Source of the DNA: a virus
Taxonomy: Duplodnaviria > Heunggongvirae > Uroviricota > Caudoviricetes
Virus record (IMG/VR): IMGVR_UViG_2925450510_000002
Length of the DNA: 64,000 nt
Reading direction: 5' to 3' (one strand)
Shown: positions 1-11,306 of the stretch, piece after piece
Position numbering within the stretch: position 1 is the first letter of the stretch
Layout of the letters: each line of letters opens with the position of its first letter
Notes under the pieces: generated by a model
Seen by the model: the letters and a program-made list of their open reading frames with translations, nothing else
The model's database searches: none
What the model was told of the DNA's origin: nothing
Translations under genes and position numbers: made by a program

Positions 1-385
1 TCAGGCCAGAGCGGTTGAGCTCGTCATTGTTCTGCGAGACCAGCAGACCGTCACGAAAGCGCGTGGCCATTGCCAGCCCCTGCGGGCCATAGAAGCACAA
101 GATCAGGCTCACGGTCTCATGCGACCACTGTTCGGTGTTCTCTTCGCCCTGCACGTACGCCGGGTTGAAGTCCTCCTGAATGCCGGTGATACCGAACGCG
201 CACCAGGTGGTGCCGTTTTTGGGTATCTGCTTTTGCGGGTCAGTCCAGCGTGGGTAAACCAGCGTGGCAGCCAGCCCTGTCACACCCCGTATCCAGCGGC
301 TGATTAGCCGTTCCAGATCCTCATCGTAGGGCGGTGAATCACCGACGGGGGTCAGATATCCCGCCGTTGTGCTGTCGTTACTCAA
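1..385 (-). CDS. partial ORF running off the window start; putative head-tail/neck or tail gene of phage A late operon
   Basis: Minus-strand frame (codons starting at plus coordinates congruent to 2 mod 3) has no stop from 470 down to 1. It lies directly downstream of the structural operon. Start is ambiguous: TTG 385 preceded by GGGGGAA, or GTG 442. Confidence 0.3.
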   Translation of the reverse strand, partial: MSNDSTTAGYLTPVGDSPPYDEDLERLISRWIRGVTGLAATLVYPRWTDPQKQIPKNGTTWCAFGITGIQEDFNPAYVQGEENTEQWSHETVSLILCFYGPQGLAMATRFRDGLLVSQNNDELNRSGL

Positions 386-763
386 TTGGCGTTCCCCCGT
401 CGAATTCCAGAAGCTCGCAATGCGCCTGAACGAACCCGGCACCGTACGCCGTATACGGGTCGACAAACGTCACACGATAATCTCGCCCGCGGTAGGTTAC
501 GATATCGGCATCTAATCCGGGTTGCCCCTGAGTCAGCCTGAACTGCGTCACGATGAGAATGGCCCCGTTGATGTTCTGTCCGGCGGCCATACGCTTCGCT
601 TCCAGTGAACGGTCGACGGTTACGACACCAGAGAACGGAATAGCCTGCACGGTATTGGTTGGAAAATTATCTTCGTCCACTGTCTGCACCTGTCGATAAC
701 ACACCAGAGACAGGTCGACAAAGTCCGGATCAAGCAGAACATCCGTCACATCGAGAAACGGCA

Positions 764-764
<1 letters not shown>
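378..764 (-). CDS. hypothetical virion protein (head-tail joining region), 128 aa
   Basis: ORF in the structural operon; abuts the upstream gene at 764. Confidence 0.55.
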
Positions 765-1945
<1,181 letters not shown>

Positions 1946-1975
1946 TCATGAGCGGCCCTTTCGGGCCGCCGCAGG

Positions 1976-2917
1976 TTAGATGCCGTCGACGTAGGCCAGA
2001 GTTTCCGGATAAACCGGCTCTACTGCACCCAGCTTGCCGTAATAGGTTACGAGCTGATACAGGCCGCGATACTGGATCGGCACGCTCATCAGCGGAACCA
2101 TCGGGAAGCGAACGTATTTCTTGTCGTTGGTGTAGAACATCATGCGATCAGAGTTCGACACGCCACGACCTTTCGCCCATTTCACCGGACGGATGTTCAG
2201 AGGACGCCCGTTCTGGTGGTATGCGATGGTGTTGGTTTCCAGATAGGTCAGCAGGGACTGGTTACCAGCGCTGGATACGATGGTGCTTGCCAGCAGAGAG
2301 AACTGCTCCGGCGGGATCAGCATGTCCGTCGGTACCATGGAGTAAGCTGAGTTGGCCCACGCAGCACTCAACCCGGCATTAATGCTCGCCCGGATTTCGT
2401 CAGCGGTGGAGGTCGCCCAGGTCTTCGCGGCGTTGGTCGGCGTTACCTGCGTCAGGTTCAGCAGGCCTTTAACGTTCAGACCGGAATCGCCGATATAAAC
2501 CTGCTCGTCCGTGTCCATGTTCCACTTCAGCTGCATGCCGTCGTACTTCTGCGTGTCGATCGGGCGACCAACCTGCGCAGCTGCCTGCAATTCAGGAACG
2601 GTCCAGCCAAGCTCCATACCCCACAGTGTGAGCGGGAAGCCAGTTTTTGCGATGTCGACGTTAAGTCCAGCCATCGCGGTCGCGGCTTTGCTAAGCCAGT
2701 TTTTACCGTTAGCATTCGGCGTACCGGCAGCAGCAAAAGTGGTGTTAGTGAACGAGCTGATCTCATCAGCAATAGACACGTCTTCACGCAACTGGATATC
2801 GCGCGACCAGGTGAAATTCACCAGCGGCAGATTCAGTGTCTGATCGAGACGCTCCAGCTCATGGACAAGAAAGGCACCAGTGCCGTCGACTGTCGCCTGG
2901 TCAAATGTCATTGGCAT
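1976..2917 (-). CDS. major capsid protein (HK97-fold family, DUF2184-like)
   Basis: 313 aa. Position is after scaffold and decoration genes and downstream of portal, as expected for a capsid gene; sequence is globally capsid-like. Confidence 0.6.
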   Translation of the reverse strand: MPMTFDQATVDGTGAFLVHELERLDQTLNLPLVNFTWSRDIQLREDVSIADEISSFTNTTFAAAGTPNANGKNWLSKAATAMAGLNVDIAKTGFPLTLWGMELGWTVPELQAAAQVGRPIDTQKYDGMQLKWNMDTDEQVYIGDSGLNVKGLLNLTQVTPTNAAKTWATSTADEIRASINAGLSAAWANSAYSMVPTDMLIPPEQFSLLASTIVSSAGNQSLLTYLETNTIAYHQNGRPLNIRPVKWAKGRGVSNSDRMMFYTNDKKYVRFPMVPLMSVPIQYRGLYQLVTYYGKLGAVEPVYPETLAYVDGI

Positions 2918-2928
2918 TTGCGATTTCC

Positions 2929-3423
2929 TTAAATATTGAAGGCCAGCTCAATGTTGCCGCTGGTGTCGCCAGGGCCATTGAAGTAAGCGTTAGTGATCTG
3001 GACGGTATTCGAGCCATCAGCGGCGGCAAGGAACGCGCCGAGAGGGCTTGAGGCGGATGGTGTGGCCACTCGCATGTAGACCGGGCCATGCAGAGCAACG
3101 CTGGATGCATCCGCGCCGATGTTTACCGTGACGTAACCACGTACCAGGCAATCGCCGGTGAAGTTTTTACCGCTGCCTACCTGCTGGACTTTATCCGGCT
3201 GGCTGGCGGTCGGATACGGACGAACATAAATGCCCACCAGCACCGACGCTGTATCGCTCGCAGCGATTGGCACAAATTTCCCGGAGGAAATCTTGCCGCC
3301 AAGGCCGTAAGCGGGGAAAAGGTTGGAGGAGTCCAGCAGTTGAGGTTCAACCGTCAGATCCTGCGGACGAGAAATTGCCCCGGCGATGCCCGCTGGCATC
3401 CGGTAAAGAAATGTATTACCCAT
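2929..3423 (-). CDS. putative head decoration/structural protein, 164 aa
   Basis: Sits between the scaffold-like and capsid genes. Gly/Ala-rich and beta-rich. Confidence 0.4.
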   Translation of the reverse strand: MGNTFLYRMPAGIAGAISRPQDLTVEPQLLDSSNLFPAYGLGGKISSGKFVPIAASDTASVLVGIYVRPYPTASQPDKVQQVGSGKNFTGDCLVRGYVTVNIGADASSVALHGPVYMRVATPSASSPLGAFLAAADGSNTVQITNAYFNGPGDTSGNIELAFNI

Positions 3424-3426
3424 TAG

Positions 3427-4629
3427 TTAGCCTCGTTTAGACCAGAATTCCTGCGCGGCCTGATTCATACCGGCAATGGTTTTAACAGTGGTGGCAGTCT
3501 GCGTTTGCAGGCTGTCGACGGTTTTGGTATTGCGGTTTTTCGCCAGCTCAGAAACAGCCGTGAAAGCCATATCTACCGTGGCTTTTTTCAGCTTGCTGAT
3601 ATCGGCATCACCGACAATAGAGCGAACCAGAGATTGATCGGCAGAGGCAAGCACCTGGCGCTTGAATGCTGTCGGCTTCGCCTTTTCTGGCAACTGGATG
3701 CCTGGCTGAATCAGATCGGCACGATAAGCGGCATCGCCGGTAACCTTACCCTCCTCTTCCTTTTTCTCCTCTTCATCCTCGGCATCGCCGGTACCAGGAG
3801 CAGCTGCCGCAGGCGTGAGTTTGGCCACCGCCTCAATCAGCGCCTTACCCCATGCAGGAATTTCTTCCTCACCATCGCCAGTACCAGGCAATGCCGGGCC
3901 GGGAAGCGGATTTTGCGGTGCAAGGTTGATGACCACTCCGCCGGGTGTCATAGAGGTCGATACATCGTTATCGCCCGTGACATCATCAGGCGGGTTATCA
4001 ATGAGACTTGCCATTTCGGCAGCGTCCCCGGTTTTACGGGCCTTCAGGAGCCGGGTAAACCAGTTTTTAGTAGTGCTTGGCATAGAATCCCCTATTGCAC
4101 AACGGAAACCGGCCCGCCCGTTAGGGACAAGGGCCAGATGGTTAGCGGTAATCGCAGATTGCTTTGCGAGACCAGGTGAAATCTGTTCGTAATCGGCGTC
4201 GTACCCGCAGCTGACCTCGTCATCACCATCATCAATGGCCTGCAGGGCTTCCGGGGTTTTGACGATGACATCAGCCAGCAGCAGATCGATTTTATCGTCC
4301 GTGCCACGTCGTACGTTCTGGATGTGCCCGTGAGCCAGCTGGCGCCAGTTATCAGGGGTAACAAAGATGATCTGCCCGTCAAAATCTCGCGGATGGCCGA
4401 TAGTGACTGCCATTCCTTCGAATGACGCCATGGCTCGCTCGCTGAACACCTCTTCTGGCATCCGGCGTACGATGACCTTCCCTCTGTCGTTTGGGACAAG
4501 CTCAGGCCGCTCTGTGGCGTCGTACTCCTGCTCACCAGTCCTTGCGATCGGGACGTCCTTAAACAGGACAGACCCATCAGCAAGTTGAAAGCGGGTATTA
4601 CCCAGGCGGGTTTTAAAGAAATATTTCAT
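3427..4629 (-). CDS. DUF2213-like prohead scaffold/maturation protein with acidic [12 protein letters not shown] tract
   Basis: 400 aa. Acidic low-complexity centre typical of scaffolds. Lies between the head-morphogenesis and capsid genes. Confidence 0.5.
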   Translation of the reverse strand: MKYFFKTRLGNTRFQLADGSVLFKDVPIARTGEQEYDATERPELVPNDRGKVIVRRMPEEVFSERAMASFEGMAVTIGHPRDFDGQIIFVTPDNWRQLAHGHIQNVRRGTDDKIDLLLADVIVKTPEALQAIDDGDDEVSCGYDADYEQISPGLAKQSAITANHLALVPNGRAGFRCAIGDSMPSTTKNWFTRLLKARKTGDAAEMASLIDNPPDDVTGDNDVSTSMTPGGVVINLAPQNPLPGPALPGTGDGEEEIPAWGKALIEAVAKLTPAAAAPGTGDAEDEEEKKEEEGKVTGDAAYRADLIQPGIQLPEKAKPTAFKRQVLASADQSLVRSIVGDADISKLKKATVDMAFTAVSELAKNRNTKTVDSLQTQTATTVKTIAGMNQAAQEFWSKRG

Positions 4630-4680
4630 GGGTTACCTGCTGAATTGCGGGCATTGAAAAGGCCGCTCATTGGCGGCCTG

Positions 4681-5229
4681 TTATTTTACAGGGTCAGGTA
4701 TTTGCACTTCCGACCAACACTTGCAGTTAGGCAGGCACCCGGCGTGTCCAGTCATGCCATCGAGCGTTGGCGGGCTATCCCAGCGCACAAACTTATCTTT
4801 CATTTTTCGGTGTGAGGGCCTGGTGCCTGCACCTTCAATGCGCCACCAGTATCCCTCTGATCCAACTGCCAGAGCCCGTGCCTGGGTCAGTGCGCCAGTT
4901 GCGCGCCCTATCTCTGTGCGGGCTATCATCCGCGCCCTGCTGGCCGCCACGTCACCGGATTGCATGATCATCTCGTAAAGCTGATCGGGGCGCTCACCAT
5001 GGATGACAGCCTGTATCGCACGCTCCTGAATTTCCCTGACACGTCCGGCCGCCTCTAATGGCAGAGACTTCATGTAGCGAATCTGTCGGTAAACGATGTC
5101 TTGCGCCACCATGCCGACAGGAGTGTTACCAATCACGTCACGCAGACCAGCGGATATTTCTTCCGAAACAGAGCGCCACTGATTCCACTCTTCACGCTCC
5201 ACCTGGGCAAACATCTTTCGACCGACCAT
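4681..5229 (-). CDS. phage head morphogenesis protein (SPP1 gp7 / Mu F family), start uncertain
   Basis: The track ORF 4681..5463 overlaps the portal 3' end by 178 nt. The Mu-F-like C-terminal part is clear; the real start is probably at or after Met 5229. Confidence 0.55.
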   Translation of the reverse strand: MVGRKMFAQVEREEWNQWRSVSEEISAGLRDVIGNTPVGMVAQDIVYRQIRYMKSLPLEAAGRVREIQERAIQAVIHGERPDQLYEMIMQSGDVAASRARMIARTEIGRATGALTQARALAVGSEGYWWRIEGAGTRPSHRKMKDKFVRWDSPPTLDGMTGHAGCLPNCKCWSEVQIPDPVK

Positions 5230-5284
5230 TTCGGCCCAGTCGTCGATCACCCCGGAGTAGTCAACAAGCGATTTAGCAATGCTC

Positions 5285-6736
5285 TCAGCGCTTGCCTGTG
5301 AACCATCGTAGGAACCCGTGACGATTTGATTTATCTGGTCGACTATCGCCAGTAGGCTTTTCTGATACTGGACCTCCGATCGGCGGCGGAGGGCTGGTTT
5401 CAGATTCAGTCTCCTGCCACTGTTTCGCCGCATTCTGGATATCCTCATCGCTAATTGAAGCACCGATGCCGGTAACGTCAGACAGCTCGCGCAAATCAGT
5501 CAGAGCAGCAGCCGGCGACATGCCCAAATCACGCACCGCGGTTGCAAGAGCGGTAGTTGTGTTGGTTGCCACCGTGGAGCGATCGGTGTCGCTCATCTGC
5601 CACAGGGGGTTAAACTCAAAGGTGAAATCTTGCGGCAACGGCTCGCCAAACTCTGAGCGATGCAGTACATCGAATAACAGGCGGATGTGAGGCCGTAAAT
5701 CTCGCTCCTGAAGCGCTCCCACGTCGTCGTAGTAGTTCGCGAGGTCAGCGTCACCGGTTGAAAAACCCTTCGGTGACTGGCGGAACAGACGGACAAGAGG
5801 AATGCCAACAGCACCCGCGATATCCTCTTTAAACTCGCTAAGCAGGTCAGACAGCCCTGCGAAAGAATAGGAATGTGTTTCAAATTCGTCCTCCGAATCA
5901 AACAGGGACATACCCTCGTTCGTCTGGTACTGGCGGACCATCTCCATATTCTTGATAAGCGCCTCAAACGCTTTACCGCCTGTGGCGATAATTTCACGCA
6001 GCTTTTTAATCTTTGCCGTTCGCAGATGTGCCTTGTAGGCAAGCTGGGCGGCGCCGACGCTGGTGCTATCGTAGGAAGTCAGGCGATCGAAGATGCGCTC
6101 GACAATGGACATCCCCCATTCGTTTTCGGTGATTTTCTGCTGATACGGCAGTTTCACACCATCCATGCGGATCAGGCGGCTGTGGTGAACAGTCCACGCA
6201 GGCAGCCCCTGCGCCGTTGTCACGATGTCATAGAATTCAGGCTTGCCGAGGTTAGGACCAAGTGCCTTAATGCGCCTGGTGAGCTGTGGGTTAATCATCC
6301 AGCGGTCAAGTACAGCCAGACCTTTAAAGCTGCCCTTGCCAACCTTATCCAGCACCAGCGGCGTCAGCGGTGCCTGACCTTCAATCAGAATCAGTGCCAC
6401 CGCCCCGCCATACAGCCGGGACCATTTCAGCGTCTCGTTGATGCAATCCCAAAGCTGAAGCTCATCGAACCGTGATTCCAGAATGCCACGACGTTTCGGG
6501 TCAATCTCACTGGTGATCCGCACGCCCTTTTTGGTCATATCGTCCGCTTTCGAATCGACTGCGGCGCCAATAATCCAGGAGGAACGATAAGCCCACTCGA
6601 TGAGCAGGCGGTTGCGGCTGGTATAGTTCGCCCTGTAGGTCGATGCGGCATGCTGATTAGGCTGCTGCATACCGACACGGGCAACAAAGTTATCGTACGA
6701 ATCCGCCGTGGCGACTCGTCCTGTTTTCTTCGCCAT
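5285..6736 (-). CDS. portal protein
   Basis: 483 aa, immediately downstream of terL. Portal-like sequence (DUF1073-like). Confidence 0.7.
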   Translation of the reverse strand: MAKKTGRVATADSYDNFVARVGMQQPNQHAASTYRANYTSRNRLLIEWAYRSSWIIGAAVDSKADDMTKKGVRITSEIDPKRRGILESRFDELQLWDCINETLKWSRLYGGAVALILIEGQAPLTPLVLDKVGKGSFKGLAVLDRWMINPQLTRRIKALGPNLGKPEFYDIVTTAQGLPAWTVHHSRLIRMDGVKLPYQQKITENEWGMSIVERIFDRLTSYDSTSVGAAQLAYKAHLRTAKIKKLREIIATGGKAFEALIKNMEMVRQYQTNEGMSLFDSEDEFETHSYSFAGLSDLLSEFKEDIAGAVGIPLVRLFRQSPKGFSTGDADLANYYDDVGALQERDLRPHIRLLFDVLHRSEFGEPLPQDFTFEFNPLWQMSDTDRSTVATNTTTALATAVRDLGMSPAAALTDLRELSDVTGIGASISDEDIQNAAKQWQETESETSPPPPIGGPVSEKPTGDSRPDKSNRHGFLRWFTGKR

Positions 6737-6973
6737 GGTGACTATTCTCCGGCTTTTTTGGTACTCGTGGCGGATAGGATAATTTGTTAAAAAACGACCC
6801 GATTTAACATAATGACTGTTACCCGCACCAGCCGGATCCCTCCCATGATGAAATGTCCGCCAAAGGCTTATTTATCGGGGTTAAGTGGCTAAAAGCGCGT
6901 GAATAAAACATGCATAAACAGGGTCGAAAAATGAATAGCGTGAATTTTGCGTGAAACGGTTATTTCCAGGTAT

Positions 6974-8374
6974 TTAGCTGTTTCCCAGCGCTTCCCAGAT
7001 ATCCATTGCCGTATCGGTTGGAGCAAACGCCATGATGAACGCGTCGGCCACGTTCGGCGATGGTACGTCACGCTTGGCGAGGTCTTTCTTGCTTTCCACC
7101 ATCACGCGACCGTTTTTGTCAAAATCACGGTGCGGGGTGGTAAGTTCCAGCTTGAGCTTTTCCAGCAGCGGGCAGGATGAGTCAATGCTAATCAGCTCAT
7201 CTACCGGGTACTGCTCGCCGTTCTTTACCGCGTTGAAGGTGTTACGGAAGCGATCCGCTACCAGCCACCAGGCTTGCGCTTTGAGGTTGGCGAAAAAATC
7301 CTTGTTCGGGATCCCACTATATTCGTAGTCCGGCTCATTCACACCAGCGCCTGCATTGAATCGCTGATAATTGATGCGGGATGCATTCATGTTTTCGCGC
7401 TTACGATCCTCATTAATTTCTGAGAATTTCGCGCCAGCAGATGCCCCAACGCCGATTGAGTCGTAGACGATATCAGCATCGCGCTCCAGTGCTGCCTGAT
7501 ACGTACGCTGGCAGCTCTTCAGCAATTCGTCTTCTTTCGCCTTCCACTCATCCGCCCAATACACGACGGAGCCGTGACGATAGACGTTAGCGCACTTATC
7601 GGCGCCGCTATCGGCGACGTCGAAGCCAATACGCTTACGCCCGCTTGGCTCGAAATTCAGGATTTTGTGGGCATCAACAGCCGCCTCAATCCATGACAGC
7701 TTGATAATGGCCGCATCATCATCCGACTCTGGCACGCCTTCGTAGACGTGCTTAAACCCATCCGGATCCCGGCGCTTAGCGGCTTCGATAACCTTCAGCA
7801 TCGTGTCGGACAAAAAGGGGTTTTCATCGTAGTTGATTTTGCGTATCAGCGTATCTTCTGGCGGATCGACCACAAAGTTACGCCAAACGAAATCAGTCAC
7901 CAGTCCGGGGTTAAAGATAAACCAGCACTCTGAGCCCTCTTTACGGATGGTAGGCTCCAGTATCTTCCACTGGTACTCCGTCAGCGCGTGGGCCTCTTCA
8001 AGCCACAGAACGCTGATACCTTCCAGAGACTTAATCTCTTCAATGTTGCGCCAGAGCCCATAAAACACGAATTCAGACCCGGTCACCCGGTTAATGATTT
8101 TGTTGTTCAGAATGCGGAAACGATGCCGCAGGCCAAAGCGGTCAATCTGAATTTTGAGCAGGGTATACACCGACTCTTCAATTTTGTTCTGGATCTGACG
8201 CGCACAACAAAAGCGCAGGCTGTATTTATTTGACAGGAATATGGCGATGCCAGCAGCATCCCATGACTTTGACGATGACCGGCCACCATAAAGCACTTTG
8301 TTACGCGCCTGCGTCGTCCAGAAGCTACGCAGGACCGGATTCAGCGTCGGTTTGGATGTCAGAGTAGAAGTCAT
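6974..8374 (-). CDS. terL: terminase large subunit
   Basis: Has an ATPase motif and a nuclease domain. Start is at MTSTLTSK, which overlaps the terS 3' end. The upstream part of the 502-aa track ORF is likely not translated. Confidence 0.85.
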   Translation of the reverse strand: MTSTLTSKPTLNPVLRSFWTTQARNKVLYGGRSSSKSWDAAGIAIFLSNKYSLRFCCARQIQNKIEESVYTLLKIQIDRFGLRHRFRILNNKIINRVTGSEFVFYGLWRNIEEIKSLEGISVLWLEEAHALTEYQWKILEPTIRKEGSECWFIFNPGLVTDFVWRNFVVDPPEDTLIRKINYDENPFLSDTMLKVIEAAKRRDPDGFKHVYEGVPESDDDAAIIKLSWIEAAVDAHKILNFEPSGRKRIGFDVADSGADKCANVYRHGSVVYWADEWKAKEDELLKSCQRTYQAALERDADIVYDSIGVGASAGAKFSEINEDRKRENMNASRINYQRFNAGAGVNEPDYEYSGIPNKDFFANLKAQAWWLVADRFRNTFNAVKNGEQYPVDELISIDSSCPLLEKLKLELTTPHRDFDKNGRVMVESKKDLAKRDVPSPNVADAFIMAFAPTDTAMDIWEALGNS

Positions 8375-9077
8375 TGAGGTCACGCTCTCCGTTGCCATCA
8401 TCAATACCAGCATCACGGCGAAGACGATCGGCCTCCAGCGACACCTTATCAGTAGCAGCCTTGCGATAGTCTGTATCAGCAAATATTTTGCCTACCGTCG
8501 CAAGCGTGCCGACGATGGACTCAATACGAACGGTATTGCGCATCATCGCCTTCTCGGCGGCGCTGATATTTTCCATCAGCACCTTTCTTTCCTGGTCCCC
8601 TTCAGCATCATCCAGCTTGGTCAACCACCGGCCAATATTCTCTGCGGCGACAAGGTTGTTAGCCCGAAGGCGAAATAATTCGTCTTCGAGTGTCAACGCT
8701 TTCGCGTCTTCAATGACCTCATCTTTAAGCAGAAGACGGCGGGCATAACCACCGTGTTTTAACGCCTGCTGGTTGCCGGGTTGAAATGGGTTAGTCGGCG
8801 GATCGGTACGCACCCCGCGTATCGGTTTCGTATCTGGTGGAGGTTCGGCTTTTGGTTGCGTACGGCCAGAGCTGGCAGGCTTTTCGCTGGTACGCGCCTT
8901 ACTCTTTTGCGTACCATTTTTGCGTACCTGCGTACTGGCCTTGCGTACCCAATCAAACTTTTTAGCCCTCTTCCTGATAGCCCCTTCAGTAACGCCGTAT
9001 TTATCGCCTATATCACGGAGACTAAGGACTCCGGCCCGGTATGCCGATTCGATGGCCTCCCAGTCCGGTGTTGCCAT
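8325..9077 (-). CDS. terS: terminase small subunit with N-terminal HTH
   Basis: 250 aa. N-terminal HTH-like region followed by a basic linker; immediately upstream of terL. Confidence 0.7.
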   Translation of the reverse strand: MATPDWEAIESAYRAGVLSLRDIGDKYGVTEGAIRKRAKKFDWVRKASTQVRKNGTQKSKARTSEKPASSGRTQPKAEPPPDTKPIRGVRTDPPTNPFQPGNQQALKHGGYARRLLLKDEVIEDAKALTLEDELFRLRANNLVAAENIGRWLTKLDDAEGDQERKVLMENISAAEKAMMRNTVRIESIVGTLATVGKIFADTDYRKAATDKVSLEADRLRRDAGIDDGNGERDLNDFYSDIQTDAESGPA

Positions 9078-9178
9078 AATTTTGTCCTCGCCTTGACATT
9101 ATCGAGCCACCTCTGGAAGTGGCTCTGTAATGCCCATAAAAAAACCCGCCGCAGCGGGTTTGGGATAAAGAATACTCT

Positions 9179-9499
9179 CTAAACCAACTCACCAATGAAT
9201 TTTGCACTTACCCTAAGCCGAGCTTGAGGAATTCCTTTAACGGCCCCTGATAAAAGGTAACCCCCCTGCACTTCTACAATGCTCATTTCCATCGTGTAGT
9301 CATTTACACCTTGAATGACATTCACCGCCTGAGGATTATGCTGAGAAACATGCAAATCTAATGTATCGCCCTGAATATGGCCTTGGTAAGTGAACCCGAA
9401 ATCACCACCGTTGATGGCATTGTCTTTTACTACTACAGTGCCTTGTCCAACATCATGGTTATTGCTGCTGAAGGTTACGAAGTAAATACCGTTTTTCAT
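9179..9499 (-). CDS. GrlR-like (lipocalin-fold) moron protein
   Basis: MKNGIYFVTFSSN...GGDFGFTYQG...KFIGELV matches the GrlR family pattern. Start at Met 9499 has an AAGGTG SD. Located between the lysis cassette and terS. Confidence 0.5.
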   Translation of the reverse strand: MKNGIYFVTFSSNNHDVGQGTVVVKDNAINGGDFGFTYQGHIQGDTLDLHVSQHNPQAVNVIQGVNDYTMEMSIVEVQGGYLLSGAVKGIPQARLRVSAKFIGELV

Positions 9500-9591
9500 G
9501 TCACACCTTATGTTGTAGCCAATCGGCAAAGGCATTATAGACACGCTACTTACGGGGAGAAAGATGGCATTTTAATAACTGCCGGATATGA

Positions 9592-9849
9592 CTAATTTTT
9601 CCCTCTAAATATTTCAGACCGACGTATGTCGGCCTTATCCCGGTTGCACTGCCCCAGCGCTGATAGCAGACTGACGTTTAAATCAAGGCTCTGGCCCCAC
9701 GTCATCTTGTCCGGTATATCAGGATAAGGCGTTTCAGCTGTCAGGCTGGAGGGTAGCGGCACTACCGGAACGGTGACGTAAACTGTCTTTGTATTGCTGC
9801 AACCGCTTAACTGCGCCAGCAGGAATACCAGCGGGAGCGCAATCATCAT
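9592..9849 (-). CDS. o-spanin (Rz1-like lipoprotein), overlapping i-spanin in the +1 frame
   Basis: LAQLSGC lipobox followed by a proline-rich mature region. Starts inside Rz and extends past its stop. Confidence 0.6.
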   Translation of the reverse strand: MMIALPLVFLLAQLSGCSNTKTVYVTVPVVPLPSSLTAETPYPDIPDKMTWGQSLDLNVSLLSALGQCNRDKADIRRSEIFRGKN

Positions 9850-10123
9850 TCGCAACAGCCACTTTGATATCCGCCGCGGCTCCCGATGCGTCCAGTGCGA
9901 TCTGCTCTTTGGCATTTTTGTTGGCCTCCGCGATGGAATTGAATATGGTCATGGTGGTAAGAACGTTGGCTGTGATGGCCTGAGTGCTGTTTACCTGCTG
10001 CTCGGCGCCATCGGCTCGGGTTTTCTGCTCAGCAGCAGCGTTGTGGTAATGCATTACCAGCCACCCAAGGCAAACCATCAGGCAGATCACAACAGCGCTG
10101 ATAATGGCTGCTAATCGGCTCAT
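9734..10123 (-). CDS. i-spanin (Rz-like)
   Basis: N-terminal TM then coiled coil. ATGA overlap with the endolysin stop. Confidence 0.65.
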   Translation of the reverse strand: MSRLAAIISAVVICLMVCLGWLVMHYHNAAAEQKTRADGAEQQVNSTQAITANVLTTMTIFNSIAEANKNAKEQIALDASGAAADIKVAVANDDCAPAGIPAGAVKRLQQYKDSLRHRSGSAATLQPDS

Positions 10124-10650
10124 TCATCTATCCCCCAACATGCCAGTGCGCTTTCCTGATCACGACGAGAGACCTGGCCGTAACAATTGTTCGAACGCAC
10201 GCGGCAATCTTTTCCGCCATCAAAAATCCACCGGCGAATTTCAGCGCAGGCGCCTTTCCGGTCACCGGCATTCAGCTTGCGGTAGAAGGTGGAAGGAAAG
10301 CATTTACCGGGCCCGATGTTATAGGGGCAGAAACTGGCAATCCCGACCTTTTGAGGGGGTGTCAGAGGAACACGCACATTCTGATCTACCCATGCCAGCG
10401 CCTTATTGCGCTCGACGGCATTAACCTGATCGCATTTGGCCTGGGTTAACTTCATTCCCTGGGTTACAGGTCTTCCATCTACCTGGGTAACTCCACGACA
10501 TATCGTCCATATGCCGGCGCCATCGCGGTATGACGTGAGGCTTTTGCCCTCTTTCTCATTCAGGAACTGGTCCATAAGAACGGGAGCTGAAGCGCCAGCA
10601 GCGATAAGCGCCAGCATGGCCGAACTGAGTTTCGTTTTCAGGTTAGCCAT
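10120..10650 (-). CDS. SAR endolysin, GH24 lysozyme (T4 lysozyme-like)
   Basis: N-terminal weakly hydrophobic SAR segment followed by a lysozyme catalytic region. Confidence 0.8.
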   Translation of the reverse strand: MANLKTKLSSAMLALIAAGASAPVLMDQFLNEKEGKSLTSYRDGAGIWTICRGVTQVDGRPVTQGMKLTQAKCDQVNAVERNKALAWVDQNVRVPLTPPQKVGIASFCPYNIGPGKCFPSTFYRKLNAGDRKGACAEIRRWIFDGGKDCRVRSNNCYGQVSRRDQESALACWGIDE

Positions 10651-10652
10651 CG

Positions 10653-10910
10653 CTATTCATCCTGCGGTGGCGGGCCACCATAGCCACGATCGAGGGATTG
10701 CTGATACATCTTCGTCCAGCGGCGCTTAAAGTAGAGATTGGTCAGATAAGTCGCTACACCGATTATCACGCCACTGGCCAGGGCAATAAAATTCCAGTCA
10801 AGGCCATGAAACCAGTCATAGGTCCTTGCCAGCCCGGTGCATATCAGGCCGCCTGACGAGCAGTACGAGGCCGCCGAAAAGATTTTGTCAGGCATTTTCA
10901 TAGTCTCCAC
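10653..10910 (-). CDS. holin (two-TM, pinholin-like)
   Basis: 85 aa with two TMs and a charged C-terminus. First gene of the lysis cassette. Confidence 0.6.
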   Translation of the reverse strand: METMKMPDKIFSAASYCSSGGLICTGLARTYDWFHGLDWNFIALASGVIIGVATYLTNLYFKRRWTKMYQQSLDRGYGGPPPQDE

Positions 10911-11162
10911 CTCCGATAATGTTCGGGGTGCTATCTGTAGTCAGTAAAAGGTTCAGGGCCGTCGGGCTGGATTTAACAACGAAGCGTGTCGATGATGATT
11001 CCCGTGAGCCTGAAATGAAAAAGGCCACGCAAATGCGCAGCCTGTAATTGTCGCGGGTAAAATTTAATTGTCGCTCGTTGGACGCTAACCCGCTTTTGAC
11101 AACGCGCCCATCCAGAGCGCGGCCTCAATGGAGGTCTTCCAGTCGGCCAACTTTTCAGTCGC

Positions 11163-11192
11163 CAGAAACAAAAAACCCCGCCGAAGCGAGGT
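11163..11192 (-). terminator. tR'-like rho-independent terminator of the short late-leader RNA
   Basis: Minus strand reads CCTCGC-TTCG-GCGGGG followed by a U-tract, about 40-60 nt downstream of the putative pR'. Confidence 0.5.
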
Positions 11193-11229
11193 TTCATGTT
11201 TTAATTTCGTACGGGCGTTATATCCCACG

Positions 11230-11270
11230 ATTGAAAGCATACTAGACACTTTTATGCAAAGTCAATACTA
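11230..11270 (-). promoter_or_regulatory. putative late promoter pR' (qut region) downstream of Q
   Basis: Minus strand TTGACT - 18 nt - TATGCT lies between the Q stop and the tR'-like hairpin. This is the lambdoid Q-pR'-tR'-lysis layout. Confidence 0.35.
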
Positions 11271-11306
11271 TCATGCAAAAAATAGCCGATATTTGTTCCG
11301 ATCATA

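Noticed and set aside
119-307. Plus-strand 62-aa ORF at the window start
   Set aside because: The opposite strand carries an uninterrupted frame through the whole region that continues the structural operon.
3505-4179. Long plus-strand ORFs antisense to structural, replication and virion genes (e.g. 3505..4179, 5873..6475, 13796..14740, 34716..35507, 39514..40251, 25035..25640)
   Set aside because: They lie entirely inside better-supported opposite-strand genes with coherent operon structure. GC-rich antisense frames are expected to be open.
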